DNA of 64,000 bases from contig CAKQRZ010000001.1 of NCBI GenBank assembly GCA_934271715.1, positions 18,819 through 82,818 on the forward strand, written 5' to 3'. Shown here piece after piece: positions 8,558 through 18,622 of the stretch. Under the pieces are notes generated by a model. It was not told where the DNA came from. It saw only the letters and a program-made list of their open reading frames with translations, and ran no database searches. How positions within the stretch are numbered: the first letter of the stretch is position 1; each line of letters begins with the position of its first letter. Origin of the DNA: an uncultured Alphaproteobacteria bacterium (GTDB lineage: Bacteria > Pseudomonadota > Alphaproteobacteria > RF32 > CAG-239). Made by a program: the position numbers and the translations under genes.

Positions 8558-10195
8558 ATGTTGAAGAGTATGAATTTTTTAAGAGGAAAGAGCAGGGAAA
8601 GAGTAAGTGGAGGCGGCACTTCCGTTTGCAGCGTCATTCTTCGCCGGTACTCCCAGCTGGAAGTACCATGGCGGAGAATCCATAACGTCATTGCGCATGC
8701 AATGTCAGTATGCGTTGCCGTTGGCAACAAAGTCATGGATACTCGTCTGCCACAGCCTGCGGGGTGTGGCGACAAGTATGACGTTTCGGGTCGGTGCCGG
8801 GGACGAGGGGTTAGTGCATTTAGCACCTTTACTATTAAAGCAATGTCAATATTAGCATTTCTTTGCTTATTCGCAACCGCGGCGGAGGCGAAGATTTGCT
8901 TTTTGCCGGACGGCAGCTGCGGCACTAGTAAAACAACCGGATTTAAGCAGAATCCAAACGGAAGCGGATGTATGTATAAATCGGAAGCTGAAGCCCGAAA
9001 CGGCTTAGGCGCCTGCGAAACCACATATAAGCAAAACATGTGCTATTATCGGCGCTGCAAGACTGAAGACAATAATATATTTGCAGACGAGGCAAGCTGC
9101 AAAAAGAAAGCCAAAGCAGATAATTTAATCTGCGTAAGCTGCGGCGGCTGCTATAAAGTTACGCCGAAAACATGCCCGAGTGGGTACACGGCAGGCTTAA
9201 CCGCCTGCGCAGAAAAAGCAGGCTATACGGCAAGTTATTCAAGCAACGGCTATGTAGGATATAGCGTCTGCGGCAAGTGCAAATATACCATAAAATCATG
9301 TGAAAGCGGCTATACTGTGGGCTTGGCCAGCTGTCCGGAAAAACAAGGTTATACTTCTAACTATTCCAGAAACGGAGTTTCCGGCGAGCAGGTCTGCGGC
9401 AAGTGCGACTACACGGCAAAGAGCTGTGCCGGAGGTTATACAGCGGGTCTGACAAGCTGCAGCGAGCGCCAAGGCTACACAGCAAGTTTAGTCAGCAATG
9501 GCTATGCCGGGGAGTTGGCTTGCGGAAAATGCAGTTATACGGCAAAAAGCTGTGCCGGAGGTTATACAGCAGGTCTGACAAGCTGCAGCGAACGGCGCGG
9601 CTATAATGCAAGCTATGCCAGCAACGGGTATGCCGGTGAGAAAATTTGCGGAAAATGCGACTATACGGCAAGAACTTGCCCAGATGGATATTCTACAAGA
9701 TATAGCAGCGTCAGCGCCTGCGGAAAAACAGGAAGTAACGGCTGGAATTATTATACTAATGGCTATTCAGGGGAAGCTGTGTGCGGGCAATGTAAAAGTA
9801 AAGCCTGTCCTAATGGGTATACTTGTACGTATTCTAGTAATATCAAGGCTCCTTGTAATAAAAGTATGGGATGTCCAGGCGATAGTGGGTATTATATTTA
9901 TGGTGGTATATTGGAACTAGGCTGGAGTAATGGATGTTTTGAGCGAGGGTATTATGTATATGTTATCTCTAATCGTTGCGGAGACGGGGTATGTGTCAGC
10001 AAATATGCAGCACGCACATGTCCTAGTGGTACAATGTTAAGAGATAGTGTAGATAATATTTATATATATTGCCAAAATAAAAATGCTACATCTTTTTGGG
10101 ATAAATATAATTGGTCGGCAAGGGCTGCAAAAGATGCAAACGGAGATACAGTTTGTTCAGGTTCAGAAATATGTATGGAATGCTATAAAAAATAA
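8558..10195 (+). CDS. Cys-rich tandem-repeat secreted protein with a B-module N-terminal extension. The signal-peptide-like MSILAFLCLFATAAEA starts at 8822.
   Basis: The ATG at 8558 (RBS aggagg) reads the conserved MLKSMNFLRGKSRERVSGGG and runs in frame, with no stop, into a signal peptide and five roughly 42-aa repeats of the form K.C..GYTAGLTSC.E..GYTAS..SNGYAGE..CGKC.YTA. At DNA level the repeats have a 126-bp period (9416-9541 and 9542-9667 are near-identical). Confidence 0.6.
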   Translation: MLKSMNFLRGKSRERVSGGGTSVCSVILRRYSQLEVPWRRIHNVIAHAMSVCVAVGNKVMDTRLPQPAGCGDKYDVSGRCRGRGVSAFSTFTIKAMSILAFLCLFATAAEAKICFLPDGSCGTSKTTGFKQNPNGSGCMYKSEAEARNGLGACETTYKQNMCYYRRCKTEDNNIFADEASCKKKAKADNLICVSCGGCYKVTPKTCPSGYTAGLTACAEKAGYTASYSSNGYVGYSVCGKCKYTIKSCESGYTVGLASCPEKQGYTSNYSRNGVSGEQVCGKCDYTAKSCAGGYTAGLTSCSERQGYTASLVSNGYAGELACGKCSYTAKSCAGGYTAGLTSCSERRGYNASYASNGYAGEKICGKCDYTARTCPDGYSTRYSSVSACGKTGSNGWNYYTNGYSGEAVCGQCKSKACPNGYTCTYSSNIKAPCNKSMGCPGDSGYYIYGGILELGWSNGCFERGYYVYVISNRCGDGVCVSKYAARTCPSGTMLRDSVDNIYIYCQNKNATSFWDKYNWSARAAKDANGDTVCSGSEICMECYKK

Positions 10196-10250
10196 TCCTT
10201 ATAAGGAGGTGATGGAAAACATAAAATAAATAAAAAAATCCTAATTATAT

Positions 10251-10285
10251 CTGCACTCTGCCGCACCCCAATGCGGCGGAGTGTT
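10251..10285 (+). terminator. Rho-independent terminator
   Basis: cactctgccgca-cccca-atgcggcggagtg followed by ttttgg. Confidence 0.6.
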
Positions 10286-10331
10286 TTGGTTGGGGAAGGG
10301 GATAAATAAAATGTTAGGCTTTCTGCGGGCA

Positions 10332-10368
10332 AAAAAGAAACCGCCTTAAAAAATAAGACGGTTTCTAA
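10332..10368 (-). terminator. Rho-independent terminator of pepF
   Basis: Stem agaaaccg/cggtttct with a T-run on the minus strand. Confidence 0.55.
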
Positions 10369-10373
10369 TTAGT

Positions 10374-12146
10374 TTATCTTTCTTTTGAGATTTGTGCATA
10401 AAGCTGCTCAAGTTCAGAAAGATATTCAGCCCCCAGATTCAAGCCTTTCTGCCAAAAATCCGGTTTTGAAGCGTCAACGCCGAAATGCGCCAAGGCTTCG
10501 CGGTAGTTTTCTACACCGCCGCGGCGCAGCATCTGCATATACTTTTCCGCGAATCCGTCTACTGTTCCCTTGAGATAAATCTCATACAGCGTATTGACTA
10601 CGCAGCAGGCAAAGCAATAGGAATAGACATAGAACGGATATTGGAAAAAGTGCAGAATTCCCGCCCACATCGGTGCTAAATCGGAAGTGTCAATGCCGTC
10701 TCCCAGATAGGCTTTCATATCCTGAAGCCACCATTTTTCAAGCTGGTCGGCCGAAACTTCTCCTTTGAGGCGTTTCTCGGCGGCATAGCTTTCAAAACAA
10801 TGAAAAGCAATCTGCCGGTAAGCGGTGGCAATCATATCTTCAAGATGTGCTGCCAGCAGGCAAAAGCGCTCTTTCGGAGTTTTGGCCTTTTTCAGCAGCA
10901 AGTTGAACACCAGCTGTTCGGCAAAAATAGAAGCCGTCTCGGCCTGAGCGCAGGCTTTGCGGCGTCCGAGTTCGCCTTGTTCTTTGCTCAAATACTCATG
11001 CACCGCGTGTCCAAGCTCGTGCGCCATAGTGATGACGCTGCCGGTAGTTCCCGTAAAGTTAAGGAAAACCATCGGCATGGCATCGCCGGCCATTTCTATG
11101 CAGTAAGCCCCGCTGTCTTTACCCTTGTAAGGATAGTAGTCAATCAAATTTTCATCAAAGAATCTTTGAGCGATGCGGGCAAATTCCGGAGAAAAAGCCG
11201 TAAATGCTTCAAGCACCAAGTCTTTGGCTTGTTCTATGGTGTAGGTTTGAGTTTCAGCCTCTGCGGCAAACGGATATGGCGCAACTCGGTCCCAGTAGGA
11301 AATCTGCTCAGCTCCGAAAGCCTTGGCTTTCAGCTTGTAATAGCGCTGTGAAACGGCGATGTTGTTGGCAAGCACCGTGTCAACCAGATTATTCAAATCG
11401 GCAGCCACAATGTTATTTTCTAACACGGATTGTTCTTCCGGATAGTCGTAGTTATGCCATTGAGAGTCAATCTGGCGTCCGCGAAGCAAAGCGTTGTAAA
11501 TCAGCGTAAAAACTGAGCGCTTTTCAGCGTATTTCTTAGACAGAGCCGCACCGGCTAAATGTCGTATATCGGCATCGGCAGAACTCAGCAGAGCCAAAGC
11601 GCCGCCCTCGGTGTATTTTTTGCCGCGGACTTTGAATGTCATCGCCGCGCGGGTTTCGTCATAAAGGCGAATCCAATACTGCGTTACGCTGTTCTCATCT
11701 TCAAACAGCTGCTGGAGCTTGGTTTCAATGGTGTGCTTCTTGAAACGGCGGATTTGCTTGAGCCAAGCAAAAGTACCGGCCGGTAGAACTGTCTGCAATT
11801 CCGTCAAATTGATATTTTCGCCGGTTTTGAGCCAGTTAACAAAAAACACCAGCTGTTTTTCCAAAGCGCCGGTTTGGTCGCAGACATTCTGATAAAACGC
11901 CGAAATTTTGCCGTCGTTCAGACTGGTGGAATGCAAAAGATAAGCATAGTCATTTACTCTGCCGGCGTCAATCTGCAGCTGAATATAGCGCTTTAAGGCT
12001 GTATCAATAGCCGGTGCAGAAAGTTCGCGCAGGCGGTATTCGTAAAAAACACGAAAATCTTTTACATCCTGCATAACTAGTTCCATAGTTTTTTCGGCCA
12101 TAGACTGAGATGCGAAAACCACATTTAAATTCCAATTTTTATTCAT
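10374..12146 (-). CDS. pepF: Oligoendopeptidase F (M3B family), paralog 1
   Basis: HELGHAVH zinc motif. Length is 590 aa. Confidence 0.8.
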   Translation of the reverse strand: MNKNWNLNVVFASQSMAEKTMELVMQDVKDFRVFYEYRLRELSAPAIDTALKRYIQLQIDAGRVNDYAYLLHSTSLNDGKISAFYQNVCDQTGALEKQLVFFVNWLKTGENINLTELQTVLPAGTFAWLKQIRRFKKHTIETKLQQLFEDENSVTQYWIRLYDETRAAMTFKVRGKKYTEGGALALLSSADADIRHLAGAALSKKYAEKRSVFTLIYNALLRGRQIDSQWHNYDYPEEQSVLENNIVAADLNNLVDTVLANNIAVSQRYYKLKAKAFGAEQISYWDRVAPYPFAAEAETQTYTIEQAKDLVLEAFTAFSPEFARIAQRFFDENLIDYYPYKGKDSGAYCIEMAGDAMPMVFLNFTGTTGSVITMAHELGHAVHEYLSKEQGELGRRKACAQAETASIFAEQLVFNLLLKKAKTPKERFCLLAAHLEDMIATAYRQIAFHCFESYAAEKRLKGEVSADQLEKWWLQDMKAYLGDGIDTSDLAPMWAGILHFFQYPFYVYSYCFACCVVNTLYEIYLKGTVDGFAEKYMQMLRRGGVENYREALAHFGVDASKPDFWQKGLNLGAEYLSELEQLYAQISKER

Positions 12147-12572
12147 AATCGTAAAAGTTAAAAATAAAACATAAAAAAATTCTTACAAAAGGCAGAGTAG
12201 TGCATTTTTTGTCTAAAGTCAAGTTTTATAAGCAAAAATGTCATAGCAAATATTAAACTTGACTTGAAGATATTTATTTTCTACTATTTACATAGCTTGA
12301 AATAAAGTTCAAGTCAGCGCCTTATGTGGTGCGGAGTTTCAAAGGCTCTTTTTTACATCACGGTGTTAGGATATAACATCGTTAAATTGTCAGCTGCGCA
12401 AAACAGCTCGCAATAAATATATCCCCGATTGTAGCAATATGGTCGGGGAGCTTTTAGCGTATGTTCAGGGCTTTGCTCAAAGGCTAAAAGAATCATTTTG
12501 ATGTAGTGATCTTTGTACTCTCCGACCACCTTTTTCAGGTGGTTTAATTTTATTTTCAGGAAAGGAAAAATT

Positions 12573-13151
12573 ATGTCACTAAAACATAACATATTATATA
12601 GTTCGCTGTTGCTTCTTGGTGCTTGCGGTACAATTTTCAGCGGCTCATCACAAACAATCACATTTGATTCTAACATAAAAGAAAATATAGACATTTATGC
12701 AAACGGAGCTTTAGTCTGCACAAAAACTCCTTGCGTTGTAGATATTGACAGAGGCTCCGCGCCTTTGACAATTATCGCCAAAGCCAAAGGCTATGAAGAT
12801 TCTGTAATGCAAGATAAAGCCAAAATCAATACGGTCTCTTGGGGAAATTTGCTGAGTGTTTATAGCTGGACTACAGATTTTGCCACCAGTTCAATGTGGA
12901 AATATTCCGAAAGCGGCGTTTACATCAATATGCGCAAAAAAGATATGACCACGGCTGAACTGAATAAGTATAACCATGACGCCAAAATCAAAGCTTTTGC
13001 TTTATATAATTTTGCTGAACTTAAGTTGGAAAATCCGGAATATACTGAAGCTTTGCAAGTTTTGGCTTCTAAAAATCAACATGATTTAAATAATGTTATT
13101 CAACGCTCTGATACAGAGGTTGAATTGGCAAATAATTTGACTAATTCTTAA
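12573..13151 (+). CDS. Lipoprotein, function unknown
   Basis: RBS aggaaaggaaaaatt precedes the ATG. Signal peptide and lipobox: MSLKHNILYSSLLLLGAC. Confidence 0.55.
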   Translation: MSLKHNILYSSLLLLGACGTIFSGSSQTITFDSNIKENIDIYANGALVCTKTPCVVDIDRGSAPLTIIAKAKGYEDSVMQDKAKINTVSWGNLLSVYSWTTDFATSSMWKYSESGVYINMRKKDMTTAELNKYNHDAKIKAFALYNFAELKLENPEYTEALQVLASKNQHDLNNVIQRSDTEVELANNLTNS

Positions 13152-13166
13152 AATATGCTTTATACA

Positions 13167-13205
13167 AAAAGAGAGAAAGTCCGTTTAGAATTTTCTCTCT
13201 TTTTT
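13167..13205. terminator. Bidirectional rho-independent terminator
   Basis: aaaagagagaaagtccgtttagaattttctctctttttt. It lies between convergent genes. Confidence 0.65.
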
Positions 13206-13220
13206 CATTGCTGCTAAAAT

Positions 13221-14360
13221 TTATTTAAACAAGTCTTTTATGCGGTCAAAAAAGCTTTTCAGCTCCGGCTGGCACGAATCGTCTTTATTTTCGGCGCGGA
13301 AAGCCTCAATCAATTCTTTCTGTTTAGCGTTAAGCTTGGTCGGAATAATTACTTTCGTGCTGACATACAAATCGCCGCGGCGTTCCGAATCATAAAGGTG
13401 CATGCCTTGACCTTTGACTTTTATCAGGGTGTCGTTTTGAGTGCCGGCCGGAACTTCTACTTTAACTTTTGTCCCGTCAATCGCCGGAATTTCCACCGTG
13501 CCGCCCAAAATAGCGCAGCTGACAGAGATTGGAATCGCCGTGTATAAATCATCACCGTGACGTTCATAGAGTTTATGCGGCTCAACCACGATACCAACAT
13601 ACAAGTCACCGTTTTCACCGCCATGCACACCGGCCATGCCCTCGCCGGCAACGCGGATACGCATATTACTTTCAATACCGGCTTTAATATTTATTTTCAG
13701 CTTTTTATTGATTTTAACCTGACCGGCGCCGCGGCAATCCGGACAAGGCTCTTTAATCACACGCCCTGTGCCTTTGCAGTTTGGACATGTGGTTTCAAAA
13801 ACAAAAAATCCGCCTTGCTGAGTGCGGACTTTGCCGCTGCCTTTGCAAGTCGGGCAAACTTCCGGCTCTTTGCCGTCTTTAGTGCCGTGGCCGTGACAGG
13901 TTTCACATTCTTTGGTAGTCGGAATAACAATTTCTTTTTCCACGCCGTTAAAAGCTTCTTCCAGCGTGATATTCAGATTATAGCGCAGGTCGCTGCCGCG
14001 CTGGCTGTAGGAGCGCTGACGTCCGGCGTTTCCGCCCATAAACTCCGAGAAAATATCGTTAAACACATCGGCAAACCCGCCGCCGCTAAAGTCAAATCCG
14101 CCGCCAAACGGATTGCCTCCGCCCATTCCGCCGCCGGTAAATGCGTTTTTGCCGTATTGATCATAAGCCGCGCGTTTTTGCTCGTCTTTCAAAACCTCAT
14201 ACGCTTCATTTATTTGTTTAAACTTTTGTTCAGCCTCTTTATTATCAGGATTTCTATCCGGATGATATTTCATCGCTTGTTTTCTAAATGCTTTTTTAAT
14301 TTCATCAGCGCTGGCTGTCGTACTCACTTCCAGCAGGTCATAATATTCTGTTTCAACCAT
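13221..14360 (-). CDS. dnaJ: Chaperone DnaJ
   Basis: J-domain (YYDLLEV...HPDRNP), a G/F-rich region, and four CxxCxGxG zinc-finger repeats. Confidence 0.9.
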   Translation of the reverse strand: MVETEYYDLLEVSTTASADEIKKAFRKQAMKYHPDRNPDNKEAEQKFKQINEAYEVLKDEQKRAAYDQYGKNAFTGGGMGGGNPFGGGFDFSGGGFADVFNDIFSEFMGGNAGRQRSYSQRGSDLRYNLNITLEEAFNGVEKEIVIPTTKECETCHGHGTKDGKEPEVCPTCKGSGKVRTQQGGFFVFETTCPNCKGTGRVIKEPCPDCRGAGQVKINKKLKINIKAGIESNMRIRVAGEGMAGVHGGENGDLYVGIVVEPHKLYERHGDDLYTAIPISVSCAILGGTVEIPAIDGTKVKVEVPAGTQNDTLIKVKGQGMHLYDSERRGDLYVSTKVIIPTKLNAKQKELIEAFRAENKDDSCQPELKSFFDRIKDLFK

Positions 14361-14496
14361 TTTTCTCGTCCAAAAATTTCATATACCATCTACTTAGTTT
14401 TTTTATTTGCCGAATGCAAGACTAAAACAAAATCTTACACGATTTTAAAGCAAAAACAGCTCTGAAAATCAATTTCAGAACTGTTTTTTGCAATTA

Positions 14497-15204
14497 TCAC
14501 TCAGAATCCGCCTCACGCAAATCAGCTGCAATCTGATTATCAATTTTTATCTTTTCCAACCCATCCAGAAACTGCCCCTTCTTTTCAGGAAGTTTCATAG
14601 CTAAGACCGGATAGACAAATTTTTCCTCTATTGTATTGTCACCAAACAAGGCGTCATCTGTCATCCAATAGGGACTTGCTTCTTTCCAAAAGTCCAGCCA
14701 AACATAATAGAGACAATCCGCAGTGCTGAACGCATCGCTGCGAACTGTTTTATGCAGTTTTATGCAGGCGTCATCAATTTTTTTCTGCGACTTTGCCACC
14801 TTTAAATGCTGAAAACTGTCATACATGCAAATTTTTGAGTTAGGTTTTATTGTGTAATTATTCTTATACTCGATAAATTCAGCAATAAAACTCTCGGTTT
14901 GCCGAAACGTAAAAATTTTCACCATCTTATCATATAAGACCTGCCGCACCAAAGAATCCGGCATCTGGCAAAACTCGTTAAAGAATTTGATATATTTCAA
15001 AGCCTCTGAATAGAGCATTCTTTTTGCCTGAACAAAAATGTCGCCATAAACAACACCTAAGCTCGTATCCACCAACTCAACGACGGCTTTAACTTTTTTA
15101 TCTGCAATTAAATCAGCTGAAAAAGTATCGTCGTCATACCAAAACATACCGGCTTTAATTTTCGGGATGTTTTTCTGCGAAAATTTAATAATATTGTTTG
15201 TCAT
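14497..15204 (-). CDS. Hypothetical protein located between dnaK and dnaJ
   Basis: 235-aa ORF in the same orientation. I recognise no motifs. Confidence 0.4.
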   Translation of the reverse strand: MTNNIIKFSQKNIPKIKAGMFWYDDDTFSADLIADKKVKAVVELVDTSLGVVYGDIFVQAKRMLYSEALKYIKFFNEFCQMPDSLVRQVLYDKMVKIFTFRQTESFIAEFIEYKNNYTIKPNSKICMYDSFQHLKVAKSQKKIDDACIKLHKTVRSDAFSTADCLYYVWLDFWKEASPYWMTDDALFGDNTIEEKFVYPVLAMKLPEKKGQFLDGLEKIKIDNQIAADLREADSE

Positions 15205-15325
15205 AAAAATTAAGAATTAAAAATTTAACATCTAACTTGAGTATATGTTTTTCAGGATAAATGTCAATAAGCAAAAAAATATCCGTTTCATTACTGAAAC
15301 GGATATTTTCTTTGACAAAGCAACG

Positions 15326-17242
15326 TTATTTAACTTCTTCAAAATCAGCATCAACCACGTTGTCATCTTTCTTTGGCTGTTCGCCAGAAGCCGCACCGGT
15401 ATCAGCACCCTGTGCCGCACCTTGAGCGCCTTGAGCCTGCTGTGTTTTATACATAGCTTCGCCCAGTTTCATAGAAGCCTGCATCAAAGCGTCGGTCTTA
15501 GACTTCAAGTCTTCAAGGTCTTCTTTTTCCATGCTGGCTTTTACGGCATCAACAGCGGCTGTAATGCTGTTTTTATCAGCTTCGGCAACCTTGTCGCCAA
15601 ATTCCTTCAAGTTCTTTTCAACTTCATGAACCAGACTTTCGGCACGGTTTTTAGCATCTACCAATTCTTTTTGCTTTTTATCTGCTTCGGCATTGGCTTC
15701 GGCGTCTTTAACCATTTGGTCAATTTCGGCATCGCTCAAACCGCCGGAAGCTTGAATACGAATGGCTTGCTCTTTGTTGGTAGCCTTATCTTTGGCCGAT
15801 ACGTTTACAATACCATTGGCGTCAATATCAAAAGTTACCTCAATTTGCGGCATACCACGCGGTGCAGGCGGAATACCTACCAAATCAAACTGACCAAGCA
15901 ATTTGTTGTGTGCGGCAATTTCACGCTCGCCCTGGAACACTCTGATTGTCACAGCGGTTTGCCCATCTTCGGCCGTAGAGAATACTTGAGATTTTCTGGT
16001 CGGAATAGTAGTGTTACGGTCAATCAAACGAGTAAACACGCCGCCCAAAGTTTCAATACCCAAAGACAATGGGGTAACATCCAACAGCAACACGTCTTTG
16101 ACATCGCCCATCAAAACACCGCCTTGAATAGCAGCACCGACAGCCACAACTTCATCAGGGTTTACGCCTTTATGAGGCTCACGTCCGAAAATTTCTTTAA
16201 CTTTTTCTTGAACTTTCGGCATACGAGTCATACCGCCGACCAAAATAACTTCGCTGATGTCGCTGGCTTTTAATCCGGCGTCTGCCAAAGCTTTCTGGCA
16301 AGGAATAGCGGTTTTTTCAATCAAATCGTCAACCAAAGATTCCAATTTAGCGCGGGTCAATTTGATGTTCAAGTGTTTAGGACCTGTTGAATCCGCAGTA
16401 ATAAACGGCAAGTTGATTTCAGTTTGAGTTGTTGAAGACAATTCAATTTTAGCTTTTTCGGCAGCCTCTTTCAAACGTTGTAAAGCAAGTCTGTCGCCGC
16501 GCAGGTCAATGCCGTTTTCTTTTTTGAACTCATCAGCCAAATAGTTGACAATACGTTGGTCAAAGTCTTCACCGCCCAAGAACGTATCGCCGTTTGTGGC
16601 TTTAACTTCAAACACGCCGTCGCCGATTTCCAAAATGGAAACATCAAATGTACCGCCGCCGAGGTCATAAACCACGATTGTGCCGGAAGCTTTTTTATCC
16701 ATACCATAAGCCAAAGCAGCAGCTGTCGGCTCGTTGATGATACGCAGAACTTCCAATCCGGCAATTTTACCGGCATCCTTAGTAGCCTGACGCTGTGAGT
16801 CATTGAAGTAAGCCGGAACCGTAATAACAGCTTTTTCTACTTTCTCGCCCAAATAGCTCTCGGCATATTCTTTAATTTTTTGCAAAACGATAGCAGAAAT
16901 TTGAGACGGAGCATATTTTTGTCCTTTAACTTCTACCCAAGCATCGCCGTTGTCGCCCGGAATAATTTTAAACGGACAATGTTCCTTAAATTTTTCTACT
17001 TCCGGCGAATCATAACGACGGCCAATCAATCTTTTAATAGCAAACAAGGTATTTTCCGGATTGGTAACAGCCTGACGCTTTGCCGGATAGCCGACCAAAC
17101 GTTCTGTATCTGTAAAAGCAACCATAGACGGCGTTGTGCGCGCGCCTTCGGAGTTTTCCAAAACTTTTGCGTCTTTGCCTTCCATAACGGCAAAGCAAGA
17201 GTTTGTTGTACCGAGGTCAATACCTATAACTTTATTACTCAT
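15326..17242 (-). CDS. dnaK: Chaperone DnaK (Hsp70)
   Basis: N-terminus [19 protein letters not shown]. An RBS ggagga precedes the start at 17242. The ORF-track start at 17305 is an upstream extension. Confidence 0.9.
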   Translation of the reverse strand: MSNKVIGIDLGTTNSCFAVMEGKDAKVLENSEGARTTPSMVAFTDTERLVGYPAKRQAVTNPENTLFAIKRLIGRRYDSPEVEKFKEHCPFKIIPGDNGDAWVEVKGQKYAPSQISAIVLQKIKEYAESYLGEKVEKAVITVPAYFNDSQRQATKDAGKIAGLEVLRIINEPTAAALAYGMDKKASGTIVVYDLGGGTFDVSILEIGDGVFEVKATNGDTFLGGEDFDQRIVNYLADEFKKENGIDLRGDRLALQRLKEAAEKAKIELSSTTQTEINLPFITADSTGPKHLNIKLTRAKLESLVDDLIEKTAIPCQKALADAGLKASDISEVILVGGMTRMPKVQEKVKEIFGREPHKGVNPDEVVAVGAAIQGGVLMGDVKDVLLLDVTPLSLGIETLGGVFTRLIDRNTTIPTRKSQVFSTAEDGQTAVTIRVFQGEREIAAHNKLLGQFDLVGIPPAPRGMPQIEVTFDIDANGIVNVSAKDKATNKEQAIRIQASGGLSDAEIDQMVKDAEANAEADKKQKELVDAKNRAESLVHEVEKNLKEFGDKVAEADKNSITAAVDAVKASMEKEDLEDLKSKTDALMQASMKLGEAMYKTQQAQGAQGAAQGADTGAASGEQPKKDDNVVDADFEEVK

Positions 17243-17402
17243 AATTTTAAATCCTCCTTTTTCATTTCTAAAAATGTATATAGGGAGCGATTTTTGCCTA
17301 TGCAAGAGCGGGCAGTATTTTTTTGAAAAAATTTTAATAAAGCCGTTTTAAAAATAAAAAGACACCCTTTCTGCCAAAACAGAGAGGGTGCCTGATAAAA
17401 GA

Positions 17403-18500
17403 TTACTTAACGGTGCGTTTGAGAACTTCAAGCAGCAGACAGGTGTTAAAGCTTGCGTCGGTGCTGTGGTTTTTCAAATACATTTCCACATAGTCAAAGC
17501 GGCAATTATTAACCCATTGCATCAGCACAGAATTTTTGAGTTTCTGATACTGAGCCAAAAGCTGCATTTCTTCATGGACATTGCGCTTAAACAAAGCCTC
17601 AACAACTTCATCGCTCAAAGAGTTCTGCTGCTTTATAAGGCGCTTAATTTCGTCCATATCGCCTTTAGCAACAACCGCCAGCTGAGCTTGTTCGCAAAGT
17701 TCGCTGTTGTTTTCAAGCAAACTCATCACGGCGCTGTGGCTGAAATTCTTGATGATTTCCAGCTGGAGCTTATCAGGAATATCATTGTTATAGATATAGT
17801 CATCCAGCATGTCTATGTCATCAGCATAGCGGTGCAGATATTTCCAAGCTAACTCATCGTGCAAACGATTATTTTCGGCCAGATAGCTGCTGGCTTTTTC
17901 ATAGCCGCTGATGATAATCGTTTCAAGGATGGAGTTTGGAACAGCAATATTATGATTCTGCAGCTGCAGCATCATGGCGATTTCATCGTCATTGACGCGG
18001 TTGATAAGCAGACGCATCTGTGCTTCAGTAAGCCTAAGGCTGTTCACATTCAGAACTTCCATCATTTGAAAATGGGTGAAATTCAGCAAAATATAGTTCA
18101 TATCTTCCTCAGATATTTCACCTTTTTGCAGCAAACTTAAAAGAGCTTTAAAGTGTCCTTGCCGAATAATATCTGCAGCCGGAACATCATGGTTGTTTTG
18201 GCACAGCAGAGATATTTCATAGCTCTGATTGCGGTCAATTATAAGCTGTTTCAGCTTGCGGGTGGCGATAACTTTGTTTTTAAGCAAAGCCTCAATTTCC
18301 TTGGCGTCTCCTCTTTTTATCAAAGCTTCCTGCGCCTTGGCCGGAAAATCAAAACGGTATTCGGTTTTCAATCGCTCCATGATGTGTTCATGATTGCCGT
18401 TCAAGACAAGATAATAGCCGTTTACCTCAAGGCGGGTCAGGATAAAAGTAAAGAATTTTACCAGAAACGCCCAGAATCTTTTAAATAAATTTGTAACCAT
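17403..18500 (-). CDS. Hypothetical alpha-helical repeat protein, paralog of 18623..19849
   Basis: Contains about 8 degenerate repeats of roughly 28 aa with the core (I/L)(I/V).(R/K)G...E(I/M)..LL. The family is not recognised. Confidence 0.45.
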   Translation of the reverse strand: MVTNLFKRFWAFLVKFFTFILTRLEVNGYYLVLNGNHEHIMERLKTEYRFDFPAKAQEALIKRGDAKEIEALLKNKVIATRKLKQLIIDRNQSYEISLLCQNNHDVPAADIIRQGHFKALLSLLQKGEISEEDMNYILLNFTHFQMMEVLNVNSLRLTEAQMRLLINRVNDDEIAMMLQLQNHNIAVPNSILETIIISGYEKASSYLAENNRLHDELAWKYLHRYADDIDMLDDYIYNNDIPDKLQLEIIKNFSHSAVMSLLENNSELCEQAQLAVVAKGDMDEIKRLIKQQNSLSDEVVEALFKRNVHEEMQLLAQYQKLKNSVLMQWVNNCRFDYVEMYLKNHSTDASFNTCLLLEVLKRTVK

Positions 18501-18622
18501 AAATATAAGTATTAAAGTTAATAATAAAATTTCAGCCTAAACTATACATTAAAAGGTAAATTTTGTCAATAATATAAAAAAACTTCCGCCGCATAAAATC
18601 GGAGGAAGTTTTTTTGCTTAGT

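Noticed and set aside
8413-9039. ORF on the minus strand (208 aa) overlapping the B-module and the start of the Cys-rich gene.
   Set aside because: It is antisense to a conserved module and a repeat-protein gene, it has no RBS, and its composition is dictated by the opposite strand.
12353-12694. 113-aa ORF in the pepF/lipoprotein intergenic region.
   Set aside because: It overlaps the start of the lipoprotein gene on the opposite strand, has no RBS, and the region looks regulatory (inverted repeats).
15245-16273. 342-aa ORF antisense inside dnaK, and similar long antisense ORFs inside polA, the AsmA-like gene, pepF and the PNP gene.
   Set aside because: They are fully embedded in well-supported conserved genes on the other strand. 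This is a typical artefact of GC-skewed codon usage.
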